Assembly (NCBI GenBank): GCA_001244265.2
Contig: LN717261.1
Location: 1,131,591 to 1,195,590 of the forward strand
Length of the DNA: 64,000 bases
Origin: Microbotryum violaceum
Lineage: Eukaryota
Reading direction: 5' to 3'
Of the stretch, positions 35,204 through 63,581 are shown one piece after another (the stretch's first letter is position 1; every line of letters begins with the position of its first letter). The notes beneath the pieces were generated by a model. The model saw only the letters and a program-made list of their open reading frames with translations. It was not told the origin of the DNA and did no database searches. The position numbers were made by a program, and so were the translations under genes.

Positions 35204-37321
35204 TATTCGATCAACTCTACTACGTCAGCGATGTAGTTATAGCCAAGAGTGATGAATCCATTACAACATACCTATTCGATCAACTCTACTACGTCAGCAA
35301 TGTAGTTATAGCCAAGAGTGATGAATAGGAAGCTAACAACAAGAGAGCCGCGCGCCTCAAGTCAGTGTGAGAGCCGCGCGCCCCCAAGTTTCCCAGGCTC
35401 GCTCTGCGCCGCCTAGCCCTGGGCCGATGCGCCTGGCTCGCTCCGCGCGCCTAAGTCCTGAGCCGAGCGGAGAGTGGATTTCTCACACCCCCCCCCCCAC
35501 GCGAACGCAAGGTAGACTTGAGCCGTGGTGACGCGTCCGGAGGCCTAGAGCATAGCAATGTACACCAAAAATCTTGGGACCTAGCGCCTTGGTGAATATG
35601 TCCGCAACCATGTTCGCTGTGCCGACGTGTGAGAGGGAGATATCGCCTTGGTGGACCATGTCGCGCGACAAAGTGCTTGCGGAGGCGTATGTGTCGGGTG
35701 CCAGAGGTGTGAACGGGGTCGTGAGCGACGGCGGCCGCGCGCCTTGTTGTCCGTGAAAATGTGAGCCGCATCGACCGGGCAAACGTGGAGCTCGGAGAGG
35801 AGTTGTGTAAGGTAAATCGCTTCCTTACCAGCATGCGACAAGGTGAGGTATTCGGCATCAGTGGTGGAATCTGCTACCCGAGTCTGACGCTTTGATGACA
35901 AGAACGGCGGAGCGCGGCAAGTAAAAGACGAAGCCCATTGTGGAGATTGACGTGTCAACGCAGGCACCCCAGTTTGCATCGGAATAGCCAACCACCCCTG
36001 TAATCTTGGTTGGACCGCAGGCGTAGAGTAGCTCATCACGGTATCTAGCGCGAGAGTAGCGAAGGACGTGTTTGACGGCGACCCAATGGCGGCGGCGGGG
36101 TTGTTGGCGAACCGGGACAGGTACGAGACGGCGAAGGCAATGTCGGGGCAAGTGCCGAGTGAAATGTATAGGAGGGAGCCGATGGCTTGCAGGTACCACG
36201 ACCAAATGCGTTCCGTTCCCTGACCCGGTACTGCCGTGAGCGAGAGGCCAGGCGTCATTGGCACCGTAGCGCCGCGCGTTGTGGTGTCGAAGTGAAAGCG
36301 GCGCGAGCACGTCCATGATGTAGCGCTCCTGAGATAAAGCAATGGAGCCGTCTTCCAGGCGTCGAATCTGGATGCCGAGGATGTATTCTGCAGGGCCGAG
36401 TCGTTTGACGCCGTATCGCTGTTCGAGGCCGGAGATGACACGCTCAATCTCGTTGAGGGCGGGCTGACAATGAGGGGATCGTCGACATATAATGCGATAT
36501 AATGGGGCCGCTTCTGATCATCAATGCGAGAGTAAATGCAGTGATCAGTGCCCGTTGCCGTGTACCCAAGACTCCTGAGCAATGTGTCAATGTGGCGATT
36601 CCAGATGCGACCGGCCTGCTTAAGACCGTAGATCGAGCGCCGCAGCCGAGAACCTGGTCGCTCAGGAAGTCGAAACCTCGTGGCGTTGTCATCCAGATGT
36701 CGTGATCGAGCTCGCCGTGAAGGTAAGCCTTGTCGATGTCAGCCTGATGAACGTGATAGCCGTTGGCAGCAGCAAGGGCGAGGAGGCAGCAAATGGAGGA
36801 GAAACGGGCGACAGGTGCGAACGTCTCCGAGAAGTCAATGCCGTCGCGCTGGCGGTTACCCTGCGCGACAAGGCGTGCCTTCGCCCTGTGATATCACCCT
36901 GTGCATTGCGCTTGGTCTTCCAGACGAATTTGGAGGTGACGATGGTGGCGCCCAGTGGTACCGAGGAACGAGGCTCGATGGTGAGCACCTTGAAATCGTT
37001 GCGCATGGCGGTGAACTCGTCGGAGGCGGCGTGAGCCCAGAGGTCGTGCTCGTCGCTGGACATCGCTTCACGCCAGGTCTGAGGGTCGCTAGTGATCGAT
37101 TTGACCGGCTCAATGGCTTCGAGGGTGGGGTCGTCGTCGTCGGTGGCGATGAAGGCGCGGTGATGACGAGAGAGGAAATCGATCTCATCAGGGGAGTCGT
37201 CGTTGGAGGGCTGCCCGGGGCCAACGGCGCGTGTGGGTGTGACCAGGGTGTCGTCGTCGGATCGATGTACATCCATCAGGCGGAGGCGAACCGCGGTGTC
37301 GGAGTGCAGAAGGTTAAGCGA
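35204..37321 (-). mobile_element. Family B 3' half (LTR 35204-35487 with extra unit, RNase H, RT, linker)
   Basis: PPT C-run on + from 35488; [14 protein letters not shown]. Confidence 0.9.
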
Positions 37322-37728
37322 TATAAGACGATCACCACAACTGTCAGGAGAGGTTGAGAGTCGAACAGCAGTGATGAAAAGGAAGCTAAGAAACAAAAGG
37401 GGGGCCCGCGCTGGGATATGTGAAGAGTCCACTCTCAGCTCAACAGAGGCGCCTCGATCGTCGCGCGCACCCGCTAGCCCGCCCCTTTGCGGTGGGACTT
37501 AGGCGCGCGCGACTGCCTCAGTGAGCAGGCGCCAGCGGACTCGGCGCGCGCCCGCTAGGCCGCCCCTTGAGGTGGCGACTTAGACGCGCGCAGCTGCCTC
37601 AGCGCCCTAGCGATTTCACCCGCCGCTGGGCCTATCCCAGCGCGGCCCCCTTTCTGTTTCTTAGCTTCCCTCTCACCACTTCTGTTCAACAATCAACCTC
37701 TCCTGACAGTAGTGGTGATTGTCTTATA
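37322..37728. repeat. LTR-A2 piece (37322-37418, -) joined to a solo LTR-A (37419-37728, +)
   Basis: A complete TG...TA LTR sits between two minus-strand LTR-A pieces. Confidence 0.85.
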
Positions 37729-48661
<10,933 letters not shown>

Positions 48662-48816
48662 GGAGGCAGGCATCTTCCTGAAATCCCAAAGGCGGGCGAA
48701 CAACTCGAGGGTGCGGGTAGCATCGTCCGGTGCAAAGCGAGCCTTGAGAGCGGTGAAGATGCGCGGTGCTGAGAGATCGTCACTGGGAATGGCGTCGAGC
48801 GTGGCCGAGACGTCTG

Positions 48817-53505
<4,689 letters not shown>

Positions 53506-54287
53506 GTCCGCGGAGTCGATAGAGCCAACGATGAGTTCCCGGGCGGCGTCGTCACGGGCGGCAAGCTGATCGGCCGTCCAAGTAGCGGGAACGACACCTT
53601 TGAGGACATAAGCACGGACTTGATTCGGGAGCGCAAGACGGAGTTGACGCAACCAGTTGGTGAACGATTTGGGACCGTTGAGGCGAGCGTGTTTGGGAAA
53701 CACGACTTTGGCTGAGGTAGCGGTGTTGGTCTGCGTGGCGGGGGCGGCCGGGAGTGCGGGGGCAGCGGTGGCGGGAGAGTGCAAGGCCTGCAGGGCAGCG
53801 AGCTGTGCCTGTAGAGTTGCAATTTGTGCGGCGATCGAGGATTCAGGGGGGCTGGGAGAATCCTTGGGGGCGAGGGCGGTGCGGGAGCGGGAGAGTCGCC
53901 CATGGTGCAAAGGGATGTGTGCGGTCGAGTGGCTAAGCTCGAGGAAAAACGCAAGGCGGCGAGGCTGGTAGCTCGTGGGCTGATAACCTATTCGATCAAC
54001 TCTACTACGTCAGCGATGTAGTTATAGCCAAGAGTGATGAATAGGAAGCTAACAACAAGAGAGCCGCGCGCCTCAAGTCCTCAGGCTGCAAACCTTGGGG
54101 CTGAGCCAATGGCCCAGGCTCGCCCTGCGCGCCTAAGTCCTGGGGCTGTGTGCGCCTGGCTCGCTCCGCGCGCCTAAGTCCTGAGCCAATGCGCCTGGCT
54201 TGTTCGCGCACCTAAGTCCTGGGCCGGTGCGCCAGGCTCGCTCCGCGCGCCTAAGTCCTGAGCCGAGCGGAGAGTGGATTCCTCACA

Positions 54288-54487
54288 GCATTGGCTCAGG
54301 ACTTAGGCGCGCAGAGCGAGCCTGGGAAACTTGGGGGCGCGCGGCTCTCACACTGTTAGCTTCCTATTCATCACTCTTGGCTAGAACTACATCGCTGACG
54401 TAGTAGAGTTGATCGAATAGGTATGTTGTAATGATTCATCACTCTTGGCTAGAACTACATCGCTGACCTAGTAGAGTTGATCGAATA
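54288..54487 (+). repeat. 3' part of an LTR-B with an extra U5 unit
   Basis: Matches 15909-16109; ends GATCGAATA. Confidence 0.88.
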
Positions 54488-55036
54488 GGCCTTTCGTCTT
54501 CAAAGCCTGTCCTCATCTACGGCGACAACCAAGGTGCCAATGCTCTCACCAAGAATCCGGTGTTTCATGCTCGGACTCGGCACATCCGCCTGCGCGAACA
54601 CTTTGTCCGGGATATGGTTTCCATGGGCGATATTGTCGTGCAGTACATCAACACTGGTGAGATGACAGCGGACATCTTCACCAAAGCATTGTCACGCGAC
54701 CTCTTTGCTCGGCACCGCGGTCGACTCGGTATCTGTGCTCCCTGATACTCGAAGTAGGGGGGTGTGAGATCAAATATCTCCTTCATGTCCTTCTTGTATC
54801 TTGCATCTACCTCAACATCCTCCTCTCTTCATTTTGATCACTTTTGGCCTACTTTTCACCACTCTAGCTCTCCCACTCTGGGCCAGGTCCGTGCACCTGA
54901 CTCTGGCTGGGCACTTAGGCCCAGCCAGCTGGCCCCTCTCTGGTTTCTCTCCTGCTCAAGCAACTTCTTGGTCTGGTCTCCCTTGGTCCTTCGATCAGAG
55001 ACTTACCACCGCTTGAGCAGGCGTGACAACTTCACA
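54488..55036 (+). mobile_element. Family C 3' end (RNase H tail, PPT, short LTR 54763-55036)
   Basis: [13 protein letters not shown]...GICAP*, G-run, TGTGAGATC...TCACA. Confidence 0.92.
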
Positions 55037-57895
55037 TAACCGAGGTCGCGAAGCGAAGCGTCGATGTGTCGATTCCAGATTCTGCCAGCTTGTTTGAGCC
55101 CGTAGATGGAGCGTCGCAGTCGGAGCACCTTATCGCCAGGAAGATCGAAGCCTCGCGGTGCCGTCATCCAGATGTCGTGGTCGAGGTCGCCGTGAAGGTA
55201 GGCTTTGTCGATGTCCGCTTGGTGTACATGGAGGCCATTGGTCGCCGCCAGCGCAAGGAGGGAGCGTATTGAAGAGAAGCGTGCGACCGGTGCGAAGGTT
55301 TCAGTGAAGTCGATGCCGTCACGTTGGCGATTGCCTTGCGCGACCAGCCGTGCCTTGTGTCCAGTGATCTCGCCGAGTGCGTTCCGTTTTGTTTTCCAGA
55401 CGAATTTGGACGATACGATGGTCGCGCCCGCAGGTACTGTAGAACGGTCATCAATGGTGTAGACCTTGAAGTCGTCGCGCATGGAATTGAACTCATCGGC
55501 AGCGGCCTTGGCCCATACCTCACGTTTGTCGCCCGACATCGCTTCTCGCCAGGTCTGTGGGTCGCTCGTAATGGATTTGACGGGTTCGATGGCCTCGGTG
55601 TCAGAGGTGTCGTCGTCAGTCGCAATGAACGCGCGGTGATGGCGAGTGAGGAAATCGATTTCGTCCGGGGACTCGTCGCGAGAGTGGCGTCCAATGAGAT
55701 CAAGTTCGTGGGGCGACTCCTCAGCCGATGCGGGCTCGCGGTACGTGCTGAAGTCTGGGGGTTGGGTGTCCATTGGGTCGAGGGGAGCCTGGGGCTGTGA
55801 GCCGATGAGGTCAAGAGGATCGGCGGAGTACTCAGATTCAGTGGGTAAGGCCGAAGGTGACGACGATGCAGCCAACGACGGTGAGGGCGCGGACGATGGT
55901 GCAGCCGACGGGGACAAGGCCGGTTCAGGAGACAGTGACGAGGACGGCGCAGGCGACGGTGACGCGGGCGATTCGGCATCTGTAGAATTAAGCAAGGTTC
56001 CGCCAGTGTACCCTGGGGCCACGTCAACGGCGCTCATGGAAGAATCATCAAGAGGGGATGAGACGTCCATGTGCGCCGACCTTACTAGTGGGGTCCATGA
56101 CTTGACGGTGGTTTGAGGGTCGGCGAAGGGAGCGCTGGCGAAGTGCGTGACATCGTCTGGCTCGGCGGAGTTGCCACGTAACCCGGGGAATTCGGTGTCA
56201 AGGAAGGTGGCATTTCTGCCCAGGGTGACCTTCTTTGTTGTAGGGTCGTAGAAGCGGAAGGCTTTGGAAGCCAAGTCATAGCCGGTGAACAGAACGCGAA
56301 CCGCTTTCGGGTTGAGTTTAGAGCGAAGTTCGGGCGCAACCGTGAGCCAAGCCGCACAGCCGAACGGGTGAAGCGCGGAGGCTGTGGTGCGTCCGCCCTG
56401 CCAGACCGAGTTCGGTGTTGCCTTGTCAAGAGCCGAGTGTTGAAACAGGTTCTTGCAGTAAACGAAGTAAGCCGCAGCCTCCTCCCAGAATGTCTTGGGT
56501 AGATGGGCGTCCGCCAGAAGGGCAAGAATACCTTCAACAATGGACCGATTGACCCGCTCTGCCCGACCGTTTTGTTGAGGCGTGCGAGGGATAGAGTATT
56601 GTCGACGCGTACCTCGCACCTTGCAGAACTCCGTGAATGCTCTCGAGCAATACTCGCCACCATTGTCAGTTCGGAGGACCTTCAGTGTTGCACCTGTCTC
56701 GAGCTCGACCTCGGCAAGCCAAGTCTTGAACACGCTGAAGACTTCGCTTTTATGTCCGATCGCGTAGGCCCATAGTTTGCGCGAGTAGTCGTCGAGGAAT
56801 GTGACCAGGTATCGTTTGCCAGTCAAGGAACGCTCCGGGAGGGAAAGTACATTGCTGTGTACGAGGCCGAGTCTCTTGGAGGAGTGCGAATCCGAATCGG
56901 GAAAAGGAAGACGATGGCCCTTGGCGCTGAGGCAAGCATTGCAGACAAACTTCTCTACCTCTTCGTCACTATATCCGGCCCCGAGACCCTCCAGCAAACC
57001 AGCGGCAACCATCTTCTGTATGGACGACGGTGCGAGATGGCCGAGGCAGCGGTGGAGAGTCAGCAGGGGCACGGAAGACTGTGAACGAGAGAGGAGAGCA
57101 AGGTGCTGACATTTGGAATGATCAGCGTCGAGCAAGTAGAGTCCCTCGTCAAGCCTCGTGCCTTCAGCGATGTTGTTGCCGTCTTTGTCGATGTCAATGC
57201 CGTGTTTCGTGAAGGCAACACGGACGTCGTCGGTGTCGCAAAGTCGAGAGACCAAGAGGAGATTGACGAACAGGCCGGGAGTGTGCAGCACGCCAGTGAG
57301 CGTGATCGGATGGCCCGAGGCGGCAACACCAGTGAGCGTGATCGGATGACCTGAGGCGGCAGCGAAGGCGATGTTTCCCGTCCCGATGGCGTTAATACCC
57401 CCTGCAATACCACCAATCTTCGTAGGAGCGACGTGTCGATAGTTTGTGAACAGTGACTTGTCCGAGACCATGTGCGAAGTGGCGCCTGAGTCAATGACGA
57501 AGGAGTTGGCGCAAAGCTGGCGACAATGAGCGAGAAGGCTGGTAGCAAGACATCCGACATAGTGTTGCGAGTCGGCGGTTGAGTCGTCCGTGTCGGGTTT
57601 GTTGCTGTTCTCGAGAGCTTTCTTGCAGTCAAATGACCAGTGATTCTTCTTGCAGGAGCAACAAGGGCCTGGCGGCGGGTGTTTTGCTCTCACAGTGCAC
57701 TGCGCCACACGGTGCGAAGGGCTGCGACAGGCAAGACACGTGGGACGGGTAGGACATGACGACGAGGCAAGGAGGACCGATTGAGTGCTTGGGACGTTGG
57801 TGGACCAAAGTTAGACATGCATGCAATCGGCAAGCAAATTGATGGCAGGGAGAGATCTTTGGGTGCGCTGTTCATGGGTGAACGACGCCTTGAAG
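55037..57895 (-). pseudogene. Family A internal fragment: about 900 open codons from gag C-terminus through PR, IN, linker to RT N-half
   Basis: ORF 55003-57708; truncated by LTRs at both ends. Confidence 0.93.
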
Positions 57896-60800
57896 TATAA
57901 GACAATCACCACTACTGTCAGGAGGGGTTGATAGTCGAACAGAGTGATGAGGAGGAAGCTAAGAACAGACAGGAGGCCCCTGCTGAGATAGGCCCAGTCG
58001 CGGGTGAAATTGCTAGCGCGCTAAGACAGTCGCGCGCGTCTAAGTCCCCAGCGCCGGGGGCGGGCTAGCGGGCTCGCGTAACGACCGAGGCGCCTCTGCC
58101 GAGCTGAGAGTGGACTCATCACACCCCCCCCCCCCCCACACAAATGCGAGGCAGACCCAAGCCGTGGGTGTCGAGTGCGCAAGCCGAGAGCATAGCAATG
58201 CATGGAAAAAATCTTCGGGCCAAGTGCCTTGGTAAAGATGTTGGCCACCATGTTGCTTGTCCCCACGTGGGAAAGAGAAATCTCACCCCGATTCACCATG
58301 TCCCGAACGAAGTGCTCACGCAGACGGATATGTCGAGTCCCGGATGCACGGACAGGGTCTTGTGCGACAGCGGCAGCAGCTTTGTTGTCAGTGTAGATGT
58401 GAGCTGGGATACCAGACTGGACATGGAGCTCCTCAAGCAGCTGACTGAGGTAGATCCCTTCCTTGCCAGCATGCGAGAGAGCGAGGTATTCCGCGTTGGT
58501 GGTAGAGTCGGCGACCCGCGATTGACGCTTGGAGGACCAGGATACAGCAGAGCCAGCAATGTAGAAGACGAAACCCATGGTGGAGACCGATGTGTTGACG
58601 CAGGCACCCCAGTTTGCATCGGAGTAACCTACCACGCCCGTGATGCCCATCTTACCACGAGTGTAGAGAAGCTCGTTGCGATACGTGGCTCGGAGGTAGC
58701 GTAGGACGTGCTTGACGGCAATCCAATGGCGCTGACCCGGGTTGTTGGCGAAGCGGGCCAGGTAAGATACGGCAAAGGCGATGTCGGGGCAAGTGCCAAG
58801 CGAGATGTATAAGAGCGAGCCGATTGCCTGTAGATACCATGACCTGATCTGTTCCGTGCCTTGACCCGGAATGGCGGTGAGCGAAAGACCGGGGTCATTG
58901 GGACGGTAGCGCCGCGAGTCGTAGTGTCAAAGTGGAACCGAGCGAGCACGTCCATGATGTACCGTTCCTGGCATAGGGCGATAGAGCTGTCGTTGAGCCG
59001 CCTGATCTGGATGCCGAGGATGTACTTGGCCGGTCCAAGGCGTTTTACACCGTAACATTGTTCCAGGCCCAAGATGACGTGTTCGATCTCGGCCAGGTCC
59101 GGACTGATCATCAGAAGGTCGTCGACGTACAGTGCGATGTAGTGTGAGCTTTGACAATCGTCGAGCCGAGAGTAGACGCAGTGATCGGTGCCCGTCGCCG
59201 TATACCCGAGAGCACGAAGCGAAGCGTCAATGTGTCGATTCCAGATGCGGCCGGCCTGTTTGAGCCCGTAGATGGAACGGCGCAGTCGAAGCACTTTGTC
59301 GCTGGGAAGGTCGAAGCCGCGCGGTGCCATCATCCAGATGTCGTGATCGAGGTCGCCGTGAAGATAGGCTTTGTCGATGTCCGCTTGGTGTACATGCAGG
59401 CCGTTGGCGGCCGCGAGCGCGAGGAGTGAGCGTATCAAAGAGAAGCGGGCAACGGGCGCGAACGTCTCGTTGAAGTCGATGTCGTCGCGTTGGCGATTGC
59501 CCTGCGCGACGAGCTGTGCCTTGTGTCCAGTGACGTCGCCGAGTGCGTTCCGTTTGGTTTTCCAGACGAATTTGGACGATACGATGGTCGCGCCCGCAGG
59601 TACTGTAGAGTGATCGTCGATGGTGAAGACCTTGAAGTCATCTCGCATGGAATTGAACTCGTCGGTGGCGGCCTTGGCCCATACCTCACGCTTGTTGCTG
59701 GACATTGCCTCGCGCCAGGTCTGTGGGTCACTGGTGATGGACTTAACTGGTTGAATGGCCTTGGCGTCAGACACGTCGTCGTCGGTTGCAATGAATGCAC
59801 GGTGATGTTGGATGAGGAAAGCAAGTTCGTCCGGCGATTCGTTGTGAGAGGGGTGCCCAATGAGGTCGAGTTCGTCAGGAGACTCCTCAGCCGATGCGGG
59901 CTCACGGTACGTGGTGAAGTCTGGGTGGTGCACGGCCGGTGGGTCGAAGCGAACCTGGGGCTGTGAGCCGATAAGGTCGAGAGGATCGGCGGAGTATTCA
60001 GAGTCAGTCGGTAAAGCCAATGGTGACGATGACGCAGCCGACAATGTGGAAGGCACAGGCAATGGCGACGCGGGCGGCTCAGGAGATGGTGACGAGGACG
60101 GCGCAGACAACAGCGAGGAGGACAGTTCGGCATCTGTGGGGTTAAGTAAGGTTCCGCCAGTGTACCCTGGGGCCACGTCAACGGCGCTCATGGGAGAATC
60201 ATCAAGTGGGGATGAGACGTCCATGTGCGCCGACCTTACTAGTGGGGTCTTCGTCTTGATGGCGGGGGCGGGCGGATCGGCAGGAACAACGACGTAGCGT
60301 TTGGTGTTGGCCAAGTTGACGGGTGCGTTGTCCTGCAGGCCGGGGAAGTTGTTGTCCAAGAAGGTGACATTTTGGCCAAGTACAATCTTGTTGACGGAGT
60401 GGTCGAAAAAACGGAAAGCCTTGGAGGCGAGGTCGTAACCGGTGAAGATCACGCGCCTGGCTTTGGGGTCGAGCTTGTTGCGAAGGTCCGGGGCAATCGT
60501 GAGCCAGGCGGCGCAGCCAAACGGGTGGAGGGCAGTGGCAGTGGTGCGTTGGGGGTTCCAAGCGGATTCTGGAGTCTGTTTGGCTAAAGCGGAGTGTGGG
60601 CATCTGTTTTTGCAATAAACGAAATACGCAGCCGCTTCATCCCAAAAGGTGGCCGGCAGACGGGCGTCCGCAAGGAGAGCGAGGACGCCCTCGACGATGG
60701 AGAGGTTGACACGTTCGGTGCGACCGTTTTGCTAAGTACGCGGCCGCCTCATCCCAAAAGGTGGCGGGCAAGCGAGAATCGGCGAGGAGAGTGAGGACAC

Positions 60801-62280
60801 CTTTGACGATGGAAAGGTTGACACGTTCGGCGCGACCATTTTGTTGAGGTGTGTATGGTATAGAGTACTGGCGGCGAATACCCCTGGACTTGCAGAACTC
60901 TGTGAAGGCGGTGGAGCGATACTCCCCACCGTTGTCGGAGCGGAGGATCTTCAAGCGTGCGTTCGTCTCCAATTCCACCTCGGCGAGCCAAGTCTTGAAG
61001 GTTGGAAAGACGTCGCCTTTGTGGTCGATCGCATATGCCCAGAGTTTGCGAGAGTGGTCGTCGAGTAACGTGACGAGGTAGCACTTGCCGGTCAAAGACG
61101 GAGTCGGAAACAACAGGACGTCGCTGTGTACAAGGCCGAGTCTCTCGGAGGAGTGCGAGTCCGAGTCAGGGAAAGGGAGGCAATGGCCTTTGGAACCAAG
61201 GCAAGCATTGCAAACAAACTGCTCTATGTTTTTGTCACTATATCCGGCCCCCAACCCGTCCAACAAACCAGCGGCAATCATCTTCTGTATAGAGGATGGA
61301 GCGAGATGGCCGAGGCAGCGATGGAGGGTAAGCAGGGGCACGGTGGACTCAGAACGCGAGAGTAAGGCAAGATGCTGACATTTCGAGTGATCTGCGTCCA
61401 GGAGGTAGAGACCCTCGTCGACCCTGTGACCTTGAGCGATGGCCTGACCGTCCTTCGCGATGTCGATGCCTTCGTTGGTGAAGGCGAGTCGAACACGGTC
61501 GGTGTCGCAGAGGCGAGAGACGGATAGAAGGTTGACGGCGAGACCAGGCGTATGAAGGACGCCACGCAGCGTGATCGGATGTCCGGACTTGGCAACGAAG
61601 GCCACGTCACCGATGGCAATGGCCGTGATGCCGCCTGCAATGCCGCCTATTTTGGTTTGCGCCGTGCGGCGGTACGTGGTGAACAGAGACCGATCAGCGA
61701 CCATGTGTGCCGAGGCGCCCGAATCAACCACAAAGGCGTCATCAGGGAGGTGGCGGCGAGCAAACAGGCAGGAGGCGAAATAGCCGATGTTAGGCTGTTG
61801 AGACGCAGTTGATACCGAGTCGTCATGGTTGCTGTCGCTGGTGGTCTTCTGCTCCCTTGGTGCTTGCAGTCGAGGGCCCAGTGGCCTTTTTTGTGGCATC
61901 GGCAGCAAGGACCGGTGGGGGGTGCTTGGCTCGCGACTGCAAGTCGCGAAGGCGGTGACCAGGGGCGTGGCAGGCTGGACAAAGCGATGGCGTGGCGAGC
62001 ATGGCCAAAGGCGAGGTGGAAAGTCCTGCCGAGCGAAGTTGGATGCGGATGCGGTCCGTGAGCGCCGTGAGTTTGGGAAGGTCGCGTTGGCTTCGCTGCT
62101 CGTCCGTGAAGGTCAGGCGGAAGCTGTCGAGGCAGGACGGAACCATGGCGAGGACGTGGCGAGGACGTGGGTGGCGAGGACGTCATTGAGCGACGTTTTG
62201 GCATCACGGATTTCTTGTGCAACCAACATGTACTCGCGGAGCCAAGTGTCGTATGCCTCGACGGAAGCGGGCATCTTCTT
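57896..62280 (-). mobile_element. Chimeric, heavily mutated element: A-type 3' LTR (57896-58123), RH and RT with B-type IN, PR and gag
   Basis: A-like linker ([11 protein letters not shown]) downstream of about 60130; B-like [12 protein letters not shown] and [10 protein letters not shown] upstream. Confidence 0.85.
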
Positions 62281-62593
62281 TGTGACGAGTCCACTCTCAG
62301 CTCGGCAGAGGCGCCTTGGTCGTTACGCGAGCCCGCTAGCCTGCTCCCCTGCGCTGGGGACTTAGACGCGCGCAACTGACTCAGCGCGCCAGCGCCGGGT
62401 GGATCGGTGCACGTGCCCGCTAGGCCGCCCCCTGCGGTGGGGACTTAGACACGCGCAACTGTCTTAGGGCGCTAGCAATTTCACCCGCGACTGGGCCTAT
62501 CTCAGCGCGGGCCTCCTGTCTGTTCTTAGCTTCCTCCTCATCACTTCTGTTCGACTATCAACCTCTCCTGACAGTAGTGGTGATCGTCTTATA
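62281..62593 (+). repeat. Solo LTR, A-related variant
   Basis: TGTGACGAGTCC...GTCTTATA; mismatched flanks. Confidence 0.88.
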
Positions 62594-63170
62594 GTCCTGA
62601 CGCTATGCTCCCGTCTGCCCTCCGACGTTATTGACTACCTTCAGTCTGGCGTCCCTTCGTCGTCCTGGCCGCCATCTTACGTTTCATTATGGGATCACTA
62701 CGCTCGCGCCTCGATCTGCGCCGCCGTTGATCCTTGGATGGTTCTTCCCGGCCTCTCGCAATACTTCGGCGACCCTCGCAGCGGTCACAAGATTTGGGTA
62801 GCTCTGCGCATGCGATATGGCGCTGTCTCGGCGGTTGATCTTCTCCCTGTCATCTCTCGACTCTTCAGTCCCGACCCTATGCCCGACACCGCCGACGAGT
62901 TCCTTCAGTTTCGCGACCAATTCGAGAACGACTCCCGCCTCCTCGACGACTCAAAGGTGACAACGGATTCTCTACTAGTGTCACACTTGCTTGCCCGGAT
63001 GCCATCCTCCCTCTCCGCCTGGCGGACAACGTTTGTCAATTTTCAGGGCACATCCCGTACACTGCACCCGGCCGCCCAGATCCTCAACCGTATCTACGCG
63101 AGATCAAGGCTTGTCCGGTCGACTCACCAGTTGCCGCCACTACCATTCCTCAGCAACGCGTCCCTCATAG
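62594..63170 (+). pseudogene. Family E/C-like gag fragment
   Basis: RYGAVSAVDLLPVISRLFSPDP...FLQFRDQFENDSRLL, as at 9550-9870. Confidence 0.85.
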
Positions 63171-63237
63171 CCCGAGCGACAAGGGCCTGGCGGCGGGTGT
63201 TTTGCTCTCACAGTGCACTGCGCCACACGGTGCGAAG

Positions 63238-63581
63238 AGCAGCTGGTAGCTTGTTGGGCTCATAACCTATAAGACGATCACCACAACTGTCAGGAGAGGT
63301 TGAGAGTCAAACAGCAGTGATGAAAAGGAAGCTAAGAAACAAAAGGGGGGCCCGCGCTGGGATAGGCCCAGCCGCGGGTGAAATCGCTGGCGCGCTGAGG
63401 CAGTTGCGCGCGTCTAAGTCCCCGCCACAGGGGGGCGGCTTAGCGGGCGTGCACCCGAATCCGCTGGCGCCGGTGCGCTGAGGCAGTTGCGCGTGTCTAA
63501 GTCCTCACCGCAAGGGGGCGGGCTAGTGGGCTCGCGCAACGACTGATGCGCCCCCGTCGAGCTGAGAGTGGACTCTTCACA
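63238..63581 (-). mobile_element. 5' LTR-A2 (63268-63581) with PBS GGTTATGAGCCC and a short leader
   Basis: The PBS is the exact complement of GGGCTCATAACC. Confidence 0.88.
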
